Origin: a plasmid
DNA length: 64,000 nucleotides
Reading direction: 5' to 3' (one strand)
Sequence record: NZ_CP024444.1
Position numbers and translations under genes: made by a program. The notes below the pieces were generated by a model that made no database searches, was not told the origin of the DNA, and was given only the letters and a program-made list of their open reading frames with translations. The first letter of the stretch is position 1; the number at the start of each line of letters is the position of its first letter. Shown here in pieces: positions 1 through 10,737 of the stretch.

Positions 1-83
1 GGCTTATGTCACAATGCTTGTACTAAAAGTAACCAGTTAAATGATTAACGAAAATTCATGTAAATATCAAAAGCGAGTGTTTT

Positions 84-689
84 ATGGCAGAGTTTTTAGC
101 AGTTGTCCTCATTACTATTTTGGCCGTGATTAGTCCTGGCGCAGATTTTGCGATTGTGACGAAAAATAGTTATTTATATGGCCGACAGACCGGGTTATTG
201 ACCGCAATCGGTATTGCGTTAGGGGTACTGGTGCATGTCAGTTATACCTTAGTGGGTGTTGCTGTGGTATTAAAGTTTGCCCCCAATCTTTTAACCTACA
301 TTAAGTATTTAGGGGCGTTTTATCTTATTTATATTGGCTATAAAACATTTACCCAATTGCCTGTGGCAGATACTGGTCATTCAAACCCGATAAGTAAACG
401 CCAAGCCTTGCAGTATGGCTTTTTCACCAATGCGCTAAATCCTAAAACGACGTTGTTTGTGGTCAGCACTTATACGCAAATTGTAAGTAGTTTAACGCCT
501 AAAGCGATTTTGATTGGTTATGGCCTGTTTATGTCATTGGCGCATTTTGTGTGGTTTGCGATGGTTGTGTTGGTATTTTCTCAGCAGCAATTGCGTCAAA
601 AGATGCTGCAACGACAAGTGGTGATCAATCGGGTGATTGGGTTGGTACTAGCAATGCTGGGAATATTTTTATTGCTAGCCAATGTGTAA
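84..689 (+). CDS. LysE/RhtB-family amino-acid exporter
   Basis: 201 aa, about 6 TM helices; N-terminus MAEF..ISPGADFAIV is typical of LysE/RhtB translocators. Confidence 0.75.
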   Translation: MAEFLAVVLITILAVISPGADFAIVTKNSYLYGRQTGLLTAIGIALGVLVHVSYTLVGVAVVLKFAPNLLTYIKYLGAFYLIYIGYKTFTQLPVADTGHSNPISKRQALQYGFFTNALNPKTTLFVVSTYTQIVSSLTPKAILIGYGLFMSLAHFVWFAMVVLVFSQQQLRQKMLQRQVVINRVIGLVLAMLGIFLLLANV

Positions 690-784
690 GATTTAACAAT
701 CGGCTTTTTAGCATATTATCTAATCTTTATAAAACACCAATCTTGAAATAATTTGGCTATCATAACAACTACAACTTTGTCAGA

Positions 785-1693
785 ATGTTTGGTGGCGATT
801 TGAATAAGTTAACAGCAACCTTGATAACGGTAGGTTTTCCTCTGCTATTTCTGCTTATTTGGAGTGGGGGTGCTTTATTTTCAAAACTAGGGCTACAGTA
901 TGCCAATACTTGGAGTTTTCTATTTTTAAGAGCAGCCCTTGCGCTGGTACTGTTGTTCGTTTTATTTGGAAGAAAGGTAAAATATAAAAACATGGGCCTA
1001 CAAACCCACGCAATTGAAAAAAGTGAACTGTATCGAATTATTATTTCGGGGCTATTACTGCAAGTTTTTTACCTAATTTTTTACTTTTCAGCTATCCAGA
1101 CCCAGCTTTCTTTAGGAATTATTATACTTATTCTAGGTATTCAACCTATTGTCACTAAGTTGATGGCTTCGGCTGTCCTTAATAAAATCGATATAATATT
1201 GCTAGTCATGTGTTTCATAGGTTTGGGCATCGCTACACTAGGCTACCATAACATCGAACAAATAAATTTGATAGGCATTGTGTTGGCGATTTTTGCGTTA
1301 CTGTCTATTACTTTTGGCACAGTCATCCAAGCTAGAATCACCACAGAACCTGTTTTAACTTTGCTTATTCAAACAATATCGGCGCTTGGCATTTTTGCTG
1401 TTTTAACCGCTGTAAATGGTTTTGTGTTTAGTTTCAATGTTTATTCGCTGGCAGCTTTAATTTGGATGGGCGCTATCGTCTCTGTGGGCGCATTTTTGTT
1501 GTTAACACTGATGTTAAGATTTCGGTCTGCAGAGAAGGTTAGTACATTGTTTTTTTTACTTCCCTTAATCACAATGCTATTTGAAAGTGTATTTTTTCAT
1601 ACCAAGCTAAATGGGTTAACGATTGCCGGTGATATCTTGGTATGTGTAAGTTTATTTTTGTACCAATTTAAGCCGTTTTCAGCTAAAAAATAA
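785..1693 (+). CDS. DMT/EamA-like 10-TM transporter
   Basis: 302 aa polytopic membrane protein with duplicated 5-TM halves. Confidence 0.5.
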   Translation: MFGGDLNKLTATLITVGFPLLFLLIWSGGALFSKLGLQYANTWSFLFLRAALALVLLFVLFGRKVKYKNMGLQTHAIEKSELYRIIISGLLLQVFYLIFYFSAIQTQLSLGIIILILGIQPIVTKLMASAVLNKIDIILLVMCFIGLGIATLGYHNIEQINLIGIVLAIFALLSITFGTVIQARITTEPVLTLLIQTISALGIFAVLTAVNGFVFSFNVYSLAALIWMGAIVSVGAFLLLTLMLRFRSAEKVSTLFFLLPLITMLFESVFFHTKLNGLTIAGDILVCVSLFLYQFKPFSAKK

Positions 1694-1699
1694 CAAGCT

Positions 1700-2434
1700 A
1701 TGACCGAGAAAGATTACTTAAATAAGCTATTTATACGAACCTACAACACGCAGTTAGAGGGACATCAGCATCCTTATCATCAAGTCCTAATACCCTTATC
1801 TGGCAGCATTCATTTGATGTTAGAAACGAAAACCGTGCAAGTTAAATATGGGGAAGTTTATATTATCCCTAAACATGGGTATCATCAGTTCAAAGCAGAT
1901 CAGCTTTTTCGCTTTTTGGTAATTAATCTTGAAGACATTGATTTTCTGCCAACGCAAAATGATGACGAAGTGCATGGTTTTTTGGATGATAAGACGTTGT
2001 GCTATCTTAATATCATTGAAAAACAGCTAATGACTGAGTTTAACGAGACCATTAATGATTATCTTTTGCAGCTTTTAATAGAGTTTTTAAGAACTATTAA
2101 TGTGAATAAGCGAATAGATAGTAGGCTGCTTAATGCCATCAGTGTGATGAAAAAGGATATTGGTGCTGAGCACTCGCTTGCTTCACTTGCAAATATTGCT
2201 TGTTTAAGCCAAAGCCAATTCAAAAAGCTTTTTAAGCAGCAGCTAGATATAACGCCCAAAGCTTATCTCGCTGCGCTTCGTATGCAGATGGCTCGCGGTT
2301 TAATTATTAATACGGATATGCCGATTGCTATGATTGCTGAAAAATGTGGTTATCGAAATTGTTCGGCATTTATACGACGATTTTCACTATTTTATTATGA
2401 TACGCCCCAAAATTTCAGAGCTAAAAGGCAGTAG
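1700..2434 (+). CDS. AraC-family transcriptional regulator
   Basis: N-terminal cupin-like sensing region and C-terminal double HTH (..ASLANIACLSQSQFKKLFK.. / ..IAMIAEKCGYRNCSAFIRRF..). Confidence 0.8.
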   Translation: MTEKDYLNKLFIRTYNTQLEGHQHPYHQVLIPLSGSIHLMLETKTVQVKYGEVYIIPKHGYHQFKADQLFRFLVINLEDIDFLPTQNDDEVHGFLDDKTLCYLNIIEKQLMTEFNETINDYLLQLLIEFLRTINVNKRIDSRLLNAISVMKKDIGAEHSLASLANIACLSQSQFKKLFKQQLDITPKAYLAALRMQMARGLIINTDMPIAMIAEKCGYRNCSAFIRRFSLFYYDTPQNFRAKRQ

Positions 2435-2441
2435 GAATGCT

Positions 2442-2900
2442 ATGAATATACTACCTTACATACTAATTAGTTTATTAGGCGGTGCAATTGTTCCTTTGCA
2501 ACTAGCAATAGTCAACGCTTTTCAAAAAACAACACAAGCATCTCAAATACAATCTACTTTCTACCTTTACGTAGGCGGTACAATTGCCTCTTTTATTATA
2601 TCTTGTATATCAATGGGTGGCGTAAAGCCACCCCATGCAGAGGCTGCTTCATGGTGGATGTGGCTACCAGGGTTTCTAGGTAGCTTTTATATCTTATTTA
2701 TGTTTATATCTGCCCCTAAGATAGGTTCTGGCAATACCTTACTCTGGGTTTTTCTTGGCCAAATGTATTTTGCGTTAATTATTGGAAAATTAGGTCTATT
2801 TGGATTAGATCCTAAACCTATTAATTTTTATAAAATGTTAGGATTGGCGGTCGTTACTATTGGTGGCATTATTATGATTGTCGGAGAAAACAAAAAATAG
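2442..2900 (+). CDS. small DMT-superfamily membrane protein (YdcZ/DUF606-like)
   Basis: Start trimmed to ATG 2442 (MNILPYILISLL..) so it does not overlap the araC stop; about 152 aa with 4-5 TM. Confidence 0.5.
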   Translation: MNILPYILISLLGGAIVPLQLAIVNAFQKTTQASQIQSTFYLYVGGTIASFIISCISMGGVKPPHAEAASWWMWLPGFLGSFYILFMFISAPKIGSGNTLLWVFLGQMYFALIIGKLGLFGLDPKPINFYKMLGLAVVTIGGIIMIVGENKK

Positions 2901-3044
2901 AAACGAGTTGCTTAATCATTTGCTTTAAATTGCTTATGTTAGTTTTTTATAAGTAATGCAATCCCGATATTTTAAAGCCGCGTATATGAGGAATATTTGG
3001 TTAAGGTTATAACGAAACTTAAATCGTTTACAAGGAAATTAATA

Positions 3045-3644
3045 ATGAAAAAAGTTATAACATGTCTTATTTTTGATGATTTTGAAACTTTGGATTTATT
3101 TGGCGTTGTTGAGGTCTTTGGGCGTCTGCCAGATATCTATCATTGTCAATTTGTTTCGCTAAAAGGTGGGCTGATTACTAGTTCACAAAATGTACAGATT
3201 CATACGCAGTCAATCAAAGATGACTTACTTTCTACTGATATCCTTCTAATTGTGGGCGGCAAGGGTACTAGAATGCTCGTCAAGGACCGTGCATTTCTCA
3301 CTGTATTAAAACAATATTGTGAAAAAGCTGAATTTGTATTGAGCGTTTGCACAGGTAGTGCCTTGCTAGCTAAAATAGGATTACTTGATGGAAAATCTGC
3401 AACGTCTAATAAGCTTGCTTGGCAATGGGTAATACAACAATCTACACAAGTAAATTGGATCGGTAAGGCTCGCTGGGTGGTTGATGGGAAATACTACTCT
3501 TCAGCTGGAGTGAGTGCTGGGATGGATATGGCTTATGGGTTTATTGCTGATCAACATGGTATTGATATCGCAAGACAAAAAGCCAAAGAAATTGAATATT
3601 ACTGGAATGAAGATAAAAATGAGGACAGTTTCTTTACTGCCTAA
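3045..3644 (+). CDS. DJ-1/PfpI-family protein
   Basis: Start moved to the internal ATG (MKKVITCLIFDDFETLDLFG..); conserved nucleophile-elbow Cys in ..LSVCTGSALLA... Confidence 0.7.
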   Translation: MKKVITCLIFDDFETLDLFGVVEVFGRLPDIYHCQFVSLKGGLITSSQNVQIHTQSIKDDLLSTDILLIVGGKGTRMLVKDRAFLTVLKQYCEKAEFVLSVCTGSALLAKIGLLDGKSATSNKLAWQWVIQQSTQVNWIGKARWVVDGKYYSSAGVSAGMDMAYGFIADQHGIDIARQKAKEIEYYWNEDKNEDSFFTA

Positions 3645-3782
3645 TTCCATTTTCCTAAAAATTATTAGCTAGCATATATAATTTCGCACAATTTATTTTA
3701 TGTAAAATAGTAAATTCGACCCGAATATGCTTTTTGACAAAAACAACGAAAAAATGACTTTAATAAAGCAATTTAGGTCTTA

Positions 3783-4657
3783 AGAACCTGTTCACGATTA
3801 AAAAATATGCTAGGATAAGCTACGTAATCAATTAATAACCGAATCAATCACCATGAGAAAAGCCTATCCAAGCGACATTAGCCGAAAACAATTTGAGCAC
3901 ATACTACCTATTTTAGAAAGTGCAAGGAAGAAGACCAAACCAAGAACGGTTGACCTTTACGACGTATTTTGTGGGTTATTGTATGTACTAAGAACAGGTT
4001 GCCAATGGCGACAGCTGCCCCATGACTTTCCCAAATGGCGCACCGTCCACTCATACTTTCAGAAATGGAGCGAGCTTGACGAAGAAGGCAACAGCATTCT
4101 TCATCAAGCCTTAAAAAAAATTGGTCAAAAAAGCGCGAAAGAAGGACAAACGCAAGGGTAAAACCAGTTTTATCCTCATCGATGCTCAAAGCGTTAAGAA
4201 CACAGATACCGCTAAGTACAAAGGCTATGACGCAGGAAAGAAAGTATCAGGGATTAAGCGCCATATTGCAGTAGACAGCCAAGGCTTGCCGCATGCTATC
4301 TGTATTACCACTGCCAATATCACCGACCGTGAGGGTGCTACAACGTTACTTCGTCAACATGCTAAACGCTTAAGCCGCGTAAAAAATGTGATGGTTGATG
4401 GCGGTTATCGAGGTGAGCTATTTGCCAATAGTGTTAAATCTATTTTAGGCGAAACCGTTACCACAGAAGTTGCCAAAAGAGATGAATTGCACACGTTTAA
4501 AGTCATACCAAAGCGATGGGTTGTAGAACGTTCGTTTGCTTGGCTTGAAAAAAATAGACGCTTATGGAAAAACTGTGAGCGTCATTTAAATTCGAGCCTT
4601 CAATTTACCAATCTTGCTTTCATCGCTTTGTTATTGAAAAGATTGTGAACAGGTTCT
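3783..4657. mobile_element. IS5-family insertion sequence (IS427/ISL2-like), apparently complete
   Basis: 13-bp terminal inverted repeats AGAACCTGTTCAC at 3783-3795 and its complement at 4645-4657. Two overlapping transposase ORFs with an A8 slippery run at 4112-4119. Confidence 0.75.
3853..4648 (+). CDS. IS5-family transposase OrfA-OrfB (programmed -1 frameshift)
   Basis: OrfA 3853-4161 with the LRTGCQWRQLP motif; OrfB 4121-4648 with the DDE domain; overlap at the poly-A run. Confidence 0.75.
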
Positions 4658-4668
4658 AAGTTAGTTGG

Positions 4669-5532
4669 TTATATATTTGGTAGGTAAAACTCACCCTTAC
4701 CCACTGCAATCACATTGCCACCCACAAAAATAGTTTGCGTTTCATCAACGTTGAGCGTTAAACGATTGGGGCGACCCATATCATCACCCTGAAAAATACG
4801 TTTATGGATTGGGTGCTGGTTTTGTGAAATAAAATATGCACCCAGATTGGCACAGGCTGACCCAGTTCCGCTATCTTGCACTATTTGATTATTTTCTATC
4901 GAGAAAAACTGTACAAACACATCATCGTTGTCTTGGTACCACAAATATAGCATGGCAAGCTCGTTGTCTTTTTGACAAATAGTTTGCAGTTGCTCTTTAT
5001 TGATTTTAGCGTCATATAGCTTCTGCTTTGATAGCACGTTTAATAGTAATTGCGAAGTCCCTGTATTCATCCAATAAGCCTGATTGGCAATATCATCTGT
5101 CATCAATCCTGTTATTTTTGCCAGCTCTTCATGTGTCGCGACACTGATGCGCTGTTCAAAACCTGTTAAAGACAGTTCGATATGGCTGTCATTAACTTGG
5201 ACCTCTACTGGCTTGGCTATGGTGTTTAACACAAAGTTATTTAATAAATTTTGCAGTTGTTGAATCACAAATGCAGCTCCAAGCGTGGGATGCCCTGCTA
5301 ATGGCATTTCATAATTTGGGGTAAAAATGCGTAAATCAGCAACCGCTTGAACGCCATGCTTAGCTGTAGGTGCTAATAAAAACACAGTTTCACTTAAATT
5401 AAACTGTTGCGCAATTGCTTGCATTTGTTTATCAGTTAAGCCATCGGCATTAGGAAATACAGCAAGCGGATTACCCCCAAAATGGTTCTCAGCAAAAACA
5501 TTAACGATATGATAAGTATAGGTCTGCAACAT
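4669..5532 (-). CDS. PhzF-family isomerase
   Basis: 287 aa; PhzF/DAP-epimerase-like fold motifs (..GNPLAVF.. and C-terminal ..GTGSACANLGAY..). Confidence 0.8.
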   Translation of the reverse strand: MLQTYTYHIVNVFAENHFGGNPLAVFPNADGLTDKQMQAIAQQFNLSETVFLLAPTAKHGVQAVADLRIFTPNYEMPLAGHPTLGAAFVIQQLQNLLNNFVLNTIAKPVEVQVNDSHIELSLTGFEQRISVATHEELAKITGLMTDDIANQAYWMNTGTSQLLLNVLSKQKLYDAKINKEQLQTICQKDNELAMLYLWYQDNDDVFVQFFSIENNQIVQDSGTGSACANLGAYFISQNQHPIHKRIFQGDDMGRPNRLTLNVDETQTIFVGGNVIAVGKGEFYLPNI

Positions 5533-5668
5533 GAATTTTCTCTTATGATCGGCTAAAAAATTAGTAGATTCATCATAGCGAATTTATTAATAACAATCCC
5601 GATGCAATTTTAACATTTCTCATCAAACTGTCATGGTAACTATGACTACACAATTTTAATGAAAGTTT

Positions 5669-7057
5669 TTATACGGATTGGTGTTTTTCAGTTTGCAAAT
5701 AGCTTTTTAACCATTTTAAAAACGAAGGGCTGGTACGAGTGACATTGAGCCGAATATGCGTATTATCCTTTGCGGTAGGACTAAATAAATGGCTTGGGGC
5801 AACTATCCAACCATCTTTGTAAGCTTGCAACGCCAAGGCCTTACTATCAACACCGACATTAAGCCAAACAAATAACCCTTGCATCGTGTGATTGGGATAC
5901 ACTAAACCAATTTCATTAAGCGATTTTATTAGCGTCTCATGGGCGTCTCTGAGTCGCCGCTGCATGGTCAAAAGGTGTTTCTTATAGGCATTGTCTTGCC
6001 ATATTTCACAAATGGTGCGTTCGGTCAGCTCAGGGCAGGTCATATTGGTCAGCATTTTTTGCCTTAGCACTGCTTCAAGTTTCGCTTGTGGGCAGCAAAT
6101 CAGCCCGACCCGCCAATTGCCGCCAAGTACTTTTGATACCCCTGTCACATAGAATACTCTTTGCAGTCCGTCGAGTGTGGCGTATCGCATGACGTTGTTG
6201 TCTTCAATAAAATACCGATAGACATCATCCTCAACGATATAACAATCATACTCTGCCATGAGCCTTAATACTTCAAAGATATTATTGGGTGGCAAATTAA
6301 ACGAAGTCGGGTTATGCAATACGCTGTTGGTAATATACAGTTTCGGACGATAACTCTCTAAAATCTGTTGCAACTGCGCAATATCCACGCCATGGCTATT
6401 TCGATTAACGCCGATGACATTAAGCCCAAGTTGCTGCAAGCAACCAATTATCCAAAACCACGTTGGGTCATCAACCAACACATAATCACCTGTTTGGCAC
6501 ATGGCTCGTGCAATTGTTTCAATCGCAGAAGACACCCCTGATGTGGTAACCATGGCATCAGGATGTGCCAAGATATTAATATCTGCCAACTGCCTAGACA
6601 GTTGTTCTCGTAGTGGTAAATAACCTTGCAAACTACCGTAACCATATACGAAATTCATGTGCTGGGAGACTTTTTTATGGGCTTTAATAATGTGGTTTTG
6701 TGGATAGAGCCATTCAGGCGATAACAAACCGCTACCCGAACAATGCGAGGCAGGAAACTCATTAAATAAATGCTGAAGCAACCAACCTGTATCTAACACG
6801 TTTTTATTTAGGACAGGCACATCAACTTTTGCTAATACTTGCTGGGTGGGTGAGCTAACATAATAGCCAGAGCCTTGCTTGGCATAAATTATGCCTTGTG
6901 CGACTAGTTTGTCATAAGCTTGCGACACTGTATAAGCCGAGACATTCAAGGTTTTTGCTAGTTCTCGTACTGCAGGGATACGCTCACCTTTTTTATAGAT
7001 TTGCCAATTAATGTTGTCTTGAATATGGTTGATAACCAGTTGAGTTTTAGAGGTCAT
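5669..7057 (-). CDS. MocR-family regulator (GntR HTH + PLP aminotransferase-like domain)
   Basis: N-terminal GntR HTH (..RIPAVRELAKTLNVSAYTVSQAYDKL..) plus aminotransferase class I/II fold. The ORF track starts at TTG 7114; the first ATG is 7057. Confidence 0.8.
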   Translation of the reverse strand: MTSKTQLVINHIQDNINWQIYKKGERIPAVRELAKTLNVSAYTVSQAYDKLVAQGIIYAKQGSGYYVSSPTQQVLAKVDVPVLNKNVLDTGWLLQHLFNEFPASHCSGSGLLSPEWLYPQNHIIKAHKKVSQHMNFVYGYGSLQGYLPLREQLSRQLADINILAHPDAMVTTSGVSSAIETIARAMCQTGDYVLVDDPTWFWIIGCLQQLGLNVIGVNRNSHGVDIAQLQQILESYRPKLYITNSVLHNPTSFNLPPNNIFEVLRLMAEYDCYIVEDDVYRYFIEDNNVMRYATLDGLQRVFYVTGVSKVLGGNWRVGLICCPQAKLEAVLRQKMLTNMTCPELTERTICEIWQDNAYKKHLLTMQRRLRDAHETLIKSLNEIGLVYPNHTMQGLFVWLNVGVDSKALALQAYKDGWIVAPSHLFSPTAKDNTHIRLNVTRTSPSFLKWLKSYLQTEKHQSV

Positions 7058-7179
7058 AACATTGCTCAAATTGTTCGTATTGTGTACCGATACAATTTTG
7101 GAAATTTCTAGCAAATCGTATCGGGAGTGTGAGGTGATATTAGCTTATAGTAAGTTAAATTTTAAAATTAAGCGATATC

Positions 7180-8091
7180 ATGACTTATTCAACTAGCATC
7201 AATATAACGCCCGATTCTCAAGCTAACACAGCGGTATTACTGGGTTTGCTCTCTGTTTTTGCCTTTTCTTTAACGCTGCCTTTTAGCAAAATTGCCGTGC
7301 AAATCTTAACGGGTCTAGAAGTAGGTTTACTGCGTTCGTTAATTGGCGGTGTTATGGCAATGATTATCTTATTGATCAAACATTGTGCTCTGCCAAACCG
7401 CCAGCAAATCATCCGTTTATATCTTGGCTCACTGGGTATTATTTACGGGTTTCCGATATTCTCTAGCCTTGCCATGAAGACAGTACCTGTCAGTCATGGG
7501 GCGATTGTACTAGCGATTTTACCATTATCGACCGCAATGTTTGGGGTACGGCTTAGTAAAAAAGTCATGCCACTAGCCTTTTGGATTTGGTCGATTGTTG
7601 GGGCGCTATTGGTCATAGGCTACGTGGTAATGACTAAAGATTTACAGAGTTTAGTATTAGGCGATATCTACTTAGCCTTGGCAGTGATATTAGCAGGGTT
7701 TGGCTATGCCCAAAGTGGTCAGCTATCACAAAGCATGCCTGGGTGGCAGGTAATTTGCTGGATGTTAGTACTCAACTTTCCAATTATTTTAGGACTGTCC
7801 TTGGCTTTCGTAGATTTTTCTCATATTAATATGATGAAAGCTAGCCATATTGGTGCCTTATTGTTTTTGGCCAGCGTGAGCGGACTATTCGGTTTTTTTA
7901 GTTGGAATAAAGCATTAGCTATGGGTGGTATCGCTACAATTAGTCAGTTACAGCTATTACAAACATTTTTAACATATGGTGTGGCGGTTTTATTTATGGG
8001 TGAGCAGTGGAATTGGCTAAGTTTAATCATTTGTCTCTTAGTTGTGGCAACGGTTTATCAAACCCAAAAGACGGCTAGGCAAGTGTCTTAG
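7180..8091 (+). CDS. EamA/DMT-family transporter
   Basis: 303 aa, 10 TM, divergently oriented from the MocR gene, which is the classic regulator-exporter pairing. Confidence 0.7.
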   Translation: MTYSTSINITPDSQANTAVLLGLLSVFAFSLTLPFSKIAVQILTGLEVGLLRSLIGGVMAMIILLIKHCALPNRQQIIRLYLGSLGIIYGFPIFSSLAMKTVPVSHGAIVLAILPLSTAMFGVRLSKKVMPLAFWIWSIVGALLVIGYVVMTKDLQSLVLGDIYLALAVILAGFGYAQSGQLSQSMPGWQVICWMLVLNFPIILGLSLAFVDFSHINMMKASHIGALLFLASVSGLFGFFSWNKALAMGGIATISQLQLLQTFLTYGVAVLFMGEQWNWLSLIICLLVVATVYQTQKTARQVS

Positions 8092-8153
8092 CCATAACAA
8101 CGTCTACACTAGCTTATAAAGCGATTACTTGACCCATTAGTAATCGCATGTTT

Positions 8154-8846
8154 TTATTGAGCCAACATCCATGTTACCGCTGCATCGATATGCAGAAGTG
8201 TGGTGTCAAACACCGGTAGTGGGCTATTTTCTTCATTGATAAGCAGTCCGATTTCAGTACACCCCAAAATTACGGCTTGTGCACCCTGCGCTTTGAGTGT
8301 CTCAATGATTTGAATATATTGCTCGGCAGAGCTCCGTTTAATGTTGTTTAAACACAACTCATTATAAATAATGCGGTGCACGATTTGCTGATCAGATTCT
8401 TTAGGAATAATCGTTTGGATACCATATTTGGCTAAAGTTGTTTGATAAAAGCCATCCGTCATACTAAAACTAGTCCCTAACAATCCTACTTTGTCCAAGC
8501 CTTGTTTAGCAATGGCTTGAGCCGTGATGTCAATCAAATGTAAAAATGGTACATCTATCGCATCTGTGATGAACTCAGCGACTTTGTGGATGGTATTGGT
8601 GGCAAGTAAAATTCCATCAACGCCTGCGAGTACTAAGCGTTTTGCAGCATCCGCTAATATTTCACCTGCTTGTTGCCAGTTGCCTTGTTTTTGTAGTTGA
8701 GCAATTTCTTCAAAGTCGAGATTATAAATAACCAGCCTAGCCCCATGATTAGCGCCAAGACGTTGATTGATATGTTCATTGATTTTTTGGTAGTAGCTGA
8801 TTGAACTTGCGGTACTCATGCCGCCAATGATGCCGAGTAATTTCAT
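8154..8846 (-). CDS. Asp/Glu/hydantoin racemase-family protein
   Basis: 230 aa; MKLLGIIGGMS.. N-terminus and the conserved ..VILGCTEI.. cysteine motif. Confidence 0.75.
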   Translation of the reverse strand: MKLLGIIGGMSTASSISYYQKINEHINQRLGANHGARLVIYNLDFEEIAQLQKQGNWQQAGEILADAAKRLVLAGVDGILLATNTIHKVAEFITDAIDVPFLHLIDITAQAIAKQGLDKVGLLGTSFSMTDGFYQTTLAKYGIQTIIPKESDQQIVHRIIYNELCLNNIKRSSAEQYIQIIETLKAQGAQAVILGCTEIGLLINEENSPLPVFDTTLLHIDAAVTWMLAQ

Positions 8847-9066
8847 ATGATGATGCCTATGGTTAGTTCCTATTTTAATTGGCTACTATAGGGTAATTTA
8901 ATAGTTGATGCCCGATACAGTTGTTTTTTAAATTTCAAAATTGTGTGGGTGATTTAAACATCACAATTATTTGCCGAAAACCACTAGCAAAGAATCCTGT
9001 CCGAAACTCGAAGGCATCACTACTAAAACTTCGATAGCATGGTTTTAACCCAACAAGGAGACAACC

Positions 9067-10737
9067 ATGCTAACCAATCCTCAAACCAAATACCAGCGCT
9101 TTACCATTGAGCCTTTTCCCACCCGCACTTGGTGCAACAACCAGCTTACTACTGCCCCGCGCTGGTGCTCATCTGACTTAAGAGATGGCAACCAAGCCTT
9201 AATCAATCCGATGGATACGGACAAAAAGTTGTATTTATTCAATCATTTGGTGGCGATTGGCTTTAAAGAAATTGAAGTGGCTTTTCCTTCCGCATCTGAA
9301 ACCGATTTTAACTTTGTACGACAGTTAATTGATGACAAGCTTATTCCTAACGATGTATGGATTCAAGTCATTACCCAATCACGTCCTGAACTTATTGCTA
9401 AGACCTTTGACGCATTACAAGGCGCATCCAAAGCGATTGTCCATTTATACAATGCCACCGCCCCCGTCTTTCGTGAGGTGGTATTTAATCAAGACAAAGC
9501 CAGTACTATAGAATTAGCAGTAAATGGGGCAAGGTTGGTTAAACAGCATTGTGAGCAAAATCCCAACACCCAATGGCAATTTGAGTATTCACCAGAAACT
9601 TTTTGCTTTACTGAACGAGAATTTGCCTTAGAGATTTGTGAAGCGGTTAAAGCTGTCTGGCAACCAACAGCAGATCGGCCCATGATTATCAATCTACCTG
9701 CCACGGTTGAGATGAATACACCCAATGTATATGCCGATCAGATTGAATGGTTTATGCAAAATTTTTCGGATTTATCGCATATTACGATTAGTATTCATCC
9801 GCATAATGACAGGGGCACCGGGGTAGCCTGCGCTGAACTTGCCATGCTTGCTGGGGCAACCCGAGTCGAAGGCTGTTTATTTGGCAATGGTGAACGCACC
9901 GGTAATGTTGACTTGGTAACACTGGCGTTAAATCTATATACTCAGGGCATTTATCCCAACTTAGATTTTTCAAACCTTCAACAAACGGCTAATGTAATGA
10001 CCTATTGCAATGAGCTGCCGATTCATCCACGACATCCATATGCCGGTGAACTCGTATTTACTGCCTTTAGTGGCTCTCACCAAGATGCGATTAAAAAGGG
10101 TTTCGCTAAACGTCAAGAAAATCCAAATAGTATTTGGAATGTGCCGTACTTTACCATTGATCCTAAAGATATTGGTGCAACCTATGAAGCAGTCATACGG
10201 GTCAATAGCCAATCTGGTAAAAGCGGTGCAGCATGGCTGCTTGAAACCCATCATGGCATCAAATTACCCCGTGCGTTTCAGCTGGACTTTAGCCAACAGG
10301 TTAAAGACTTTACCCACCAGCATGAAAAAGAAGCGAGCATGGCTGAGATTTGGCAGTTGTTTAAAGAGCGTTATGGCTTAAATTTATATCAGCCAGCAGG
10401 CTATCAAGTACAGGGCTTTACTGGGAGAAACAATGCCAATGACTATCATCTAACGGTTGAGCTTTCTAACCCCAATGAGTTAACAATTGAGGGAGTAGGC
10501 AACGGAATACTCTCTGCTTTTGTTAATGCGATTAACAGCCACTTTGATAGACGATTTAGCATTGAGCAGTATGATGAGCATAGCTTAGGGAAAGCCAGTG
10601 ATAGCCAAGCGATTTGTTATGTGATGCTAAAAGAAGATGATGAGTCGTTTTATGGGGTAGCCATTGGCGATGATGTCGCAAAAACATCGATGCAGGCGGT
10701 GATCAATGCCTGTCAACAGCAACTTATACTTGGCTAA
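9067..10737 (+). CDS. leuA: 2-isopropylmalate synthase, long (LeuA-2) form
   Basis: 556 aa; ..SDLRDGNQAL.. TIM-barrel signature, HxH metal site (..SIHPHNDRG..) and a C-terminal LeuA dimerisation/regulatory domain. Confidence 0.9.
   Translation: MLTNPQTKYQRFTIEPFPTRTWCNNQLTTAPRWCSSDLRDGNQALINPMDTDKKLYLFNHLVAIGFKEIEVAFPSASETDFNFVRQLIDDKLIPNDVWIQVITQSRPELIAKTFDALQGASKAIVHLYNATAPVFREVVFNQDKASTIELAVNGARLVKQHCEQNPNTQWQFEYSPETFCFTEREFALEICEAVKAVWQPTADRPMIINLPATVEMNTPNVYADQIEWFMQNFSDLSHITISIHPHNDRGTGVACAELAMLAGATRVEGCLFGNGERTGNVDLVTLALNLYTQGIYPNLDFSNLQQTANVMTYCNELPIHPRHPYAGELVFTAFSGSHQDAIKKGFAKRQENPNSIWNVPYFTIDPKDIGATYEAVIRVNSQSGKSGAAWLLETHHGIKLPRAFQLDFSQQVKDFTHQHEKEASMAEIWQLFKERYGLNLYQPAGYQVQGFTGRNNANDYHLTVELSNPNELTIEGVGNGILSAFVNAINSHFDRRFSIEQYDEHSLGKASDSQAICYVMLKEDDESFYGVAIGDDVAKTSMQAVINACQQQLILG

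Noticed and set aside
551-751. 66-aa ORF overlapping the 3' end of the LysE-family gene
   Set aside because: Alternate-frame ORF inside a well-supported membrane-protein gene.
10010-10381. 123-aa ORF and several minus-strand ORFs inside leuA
   Set aside because: Nested in a highly recognisable 556-aa LeuA reading frame.
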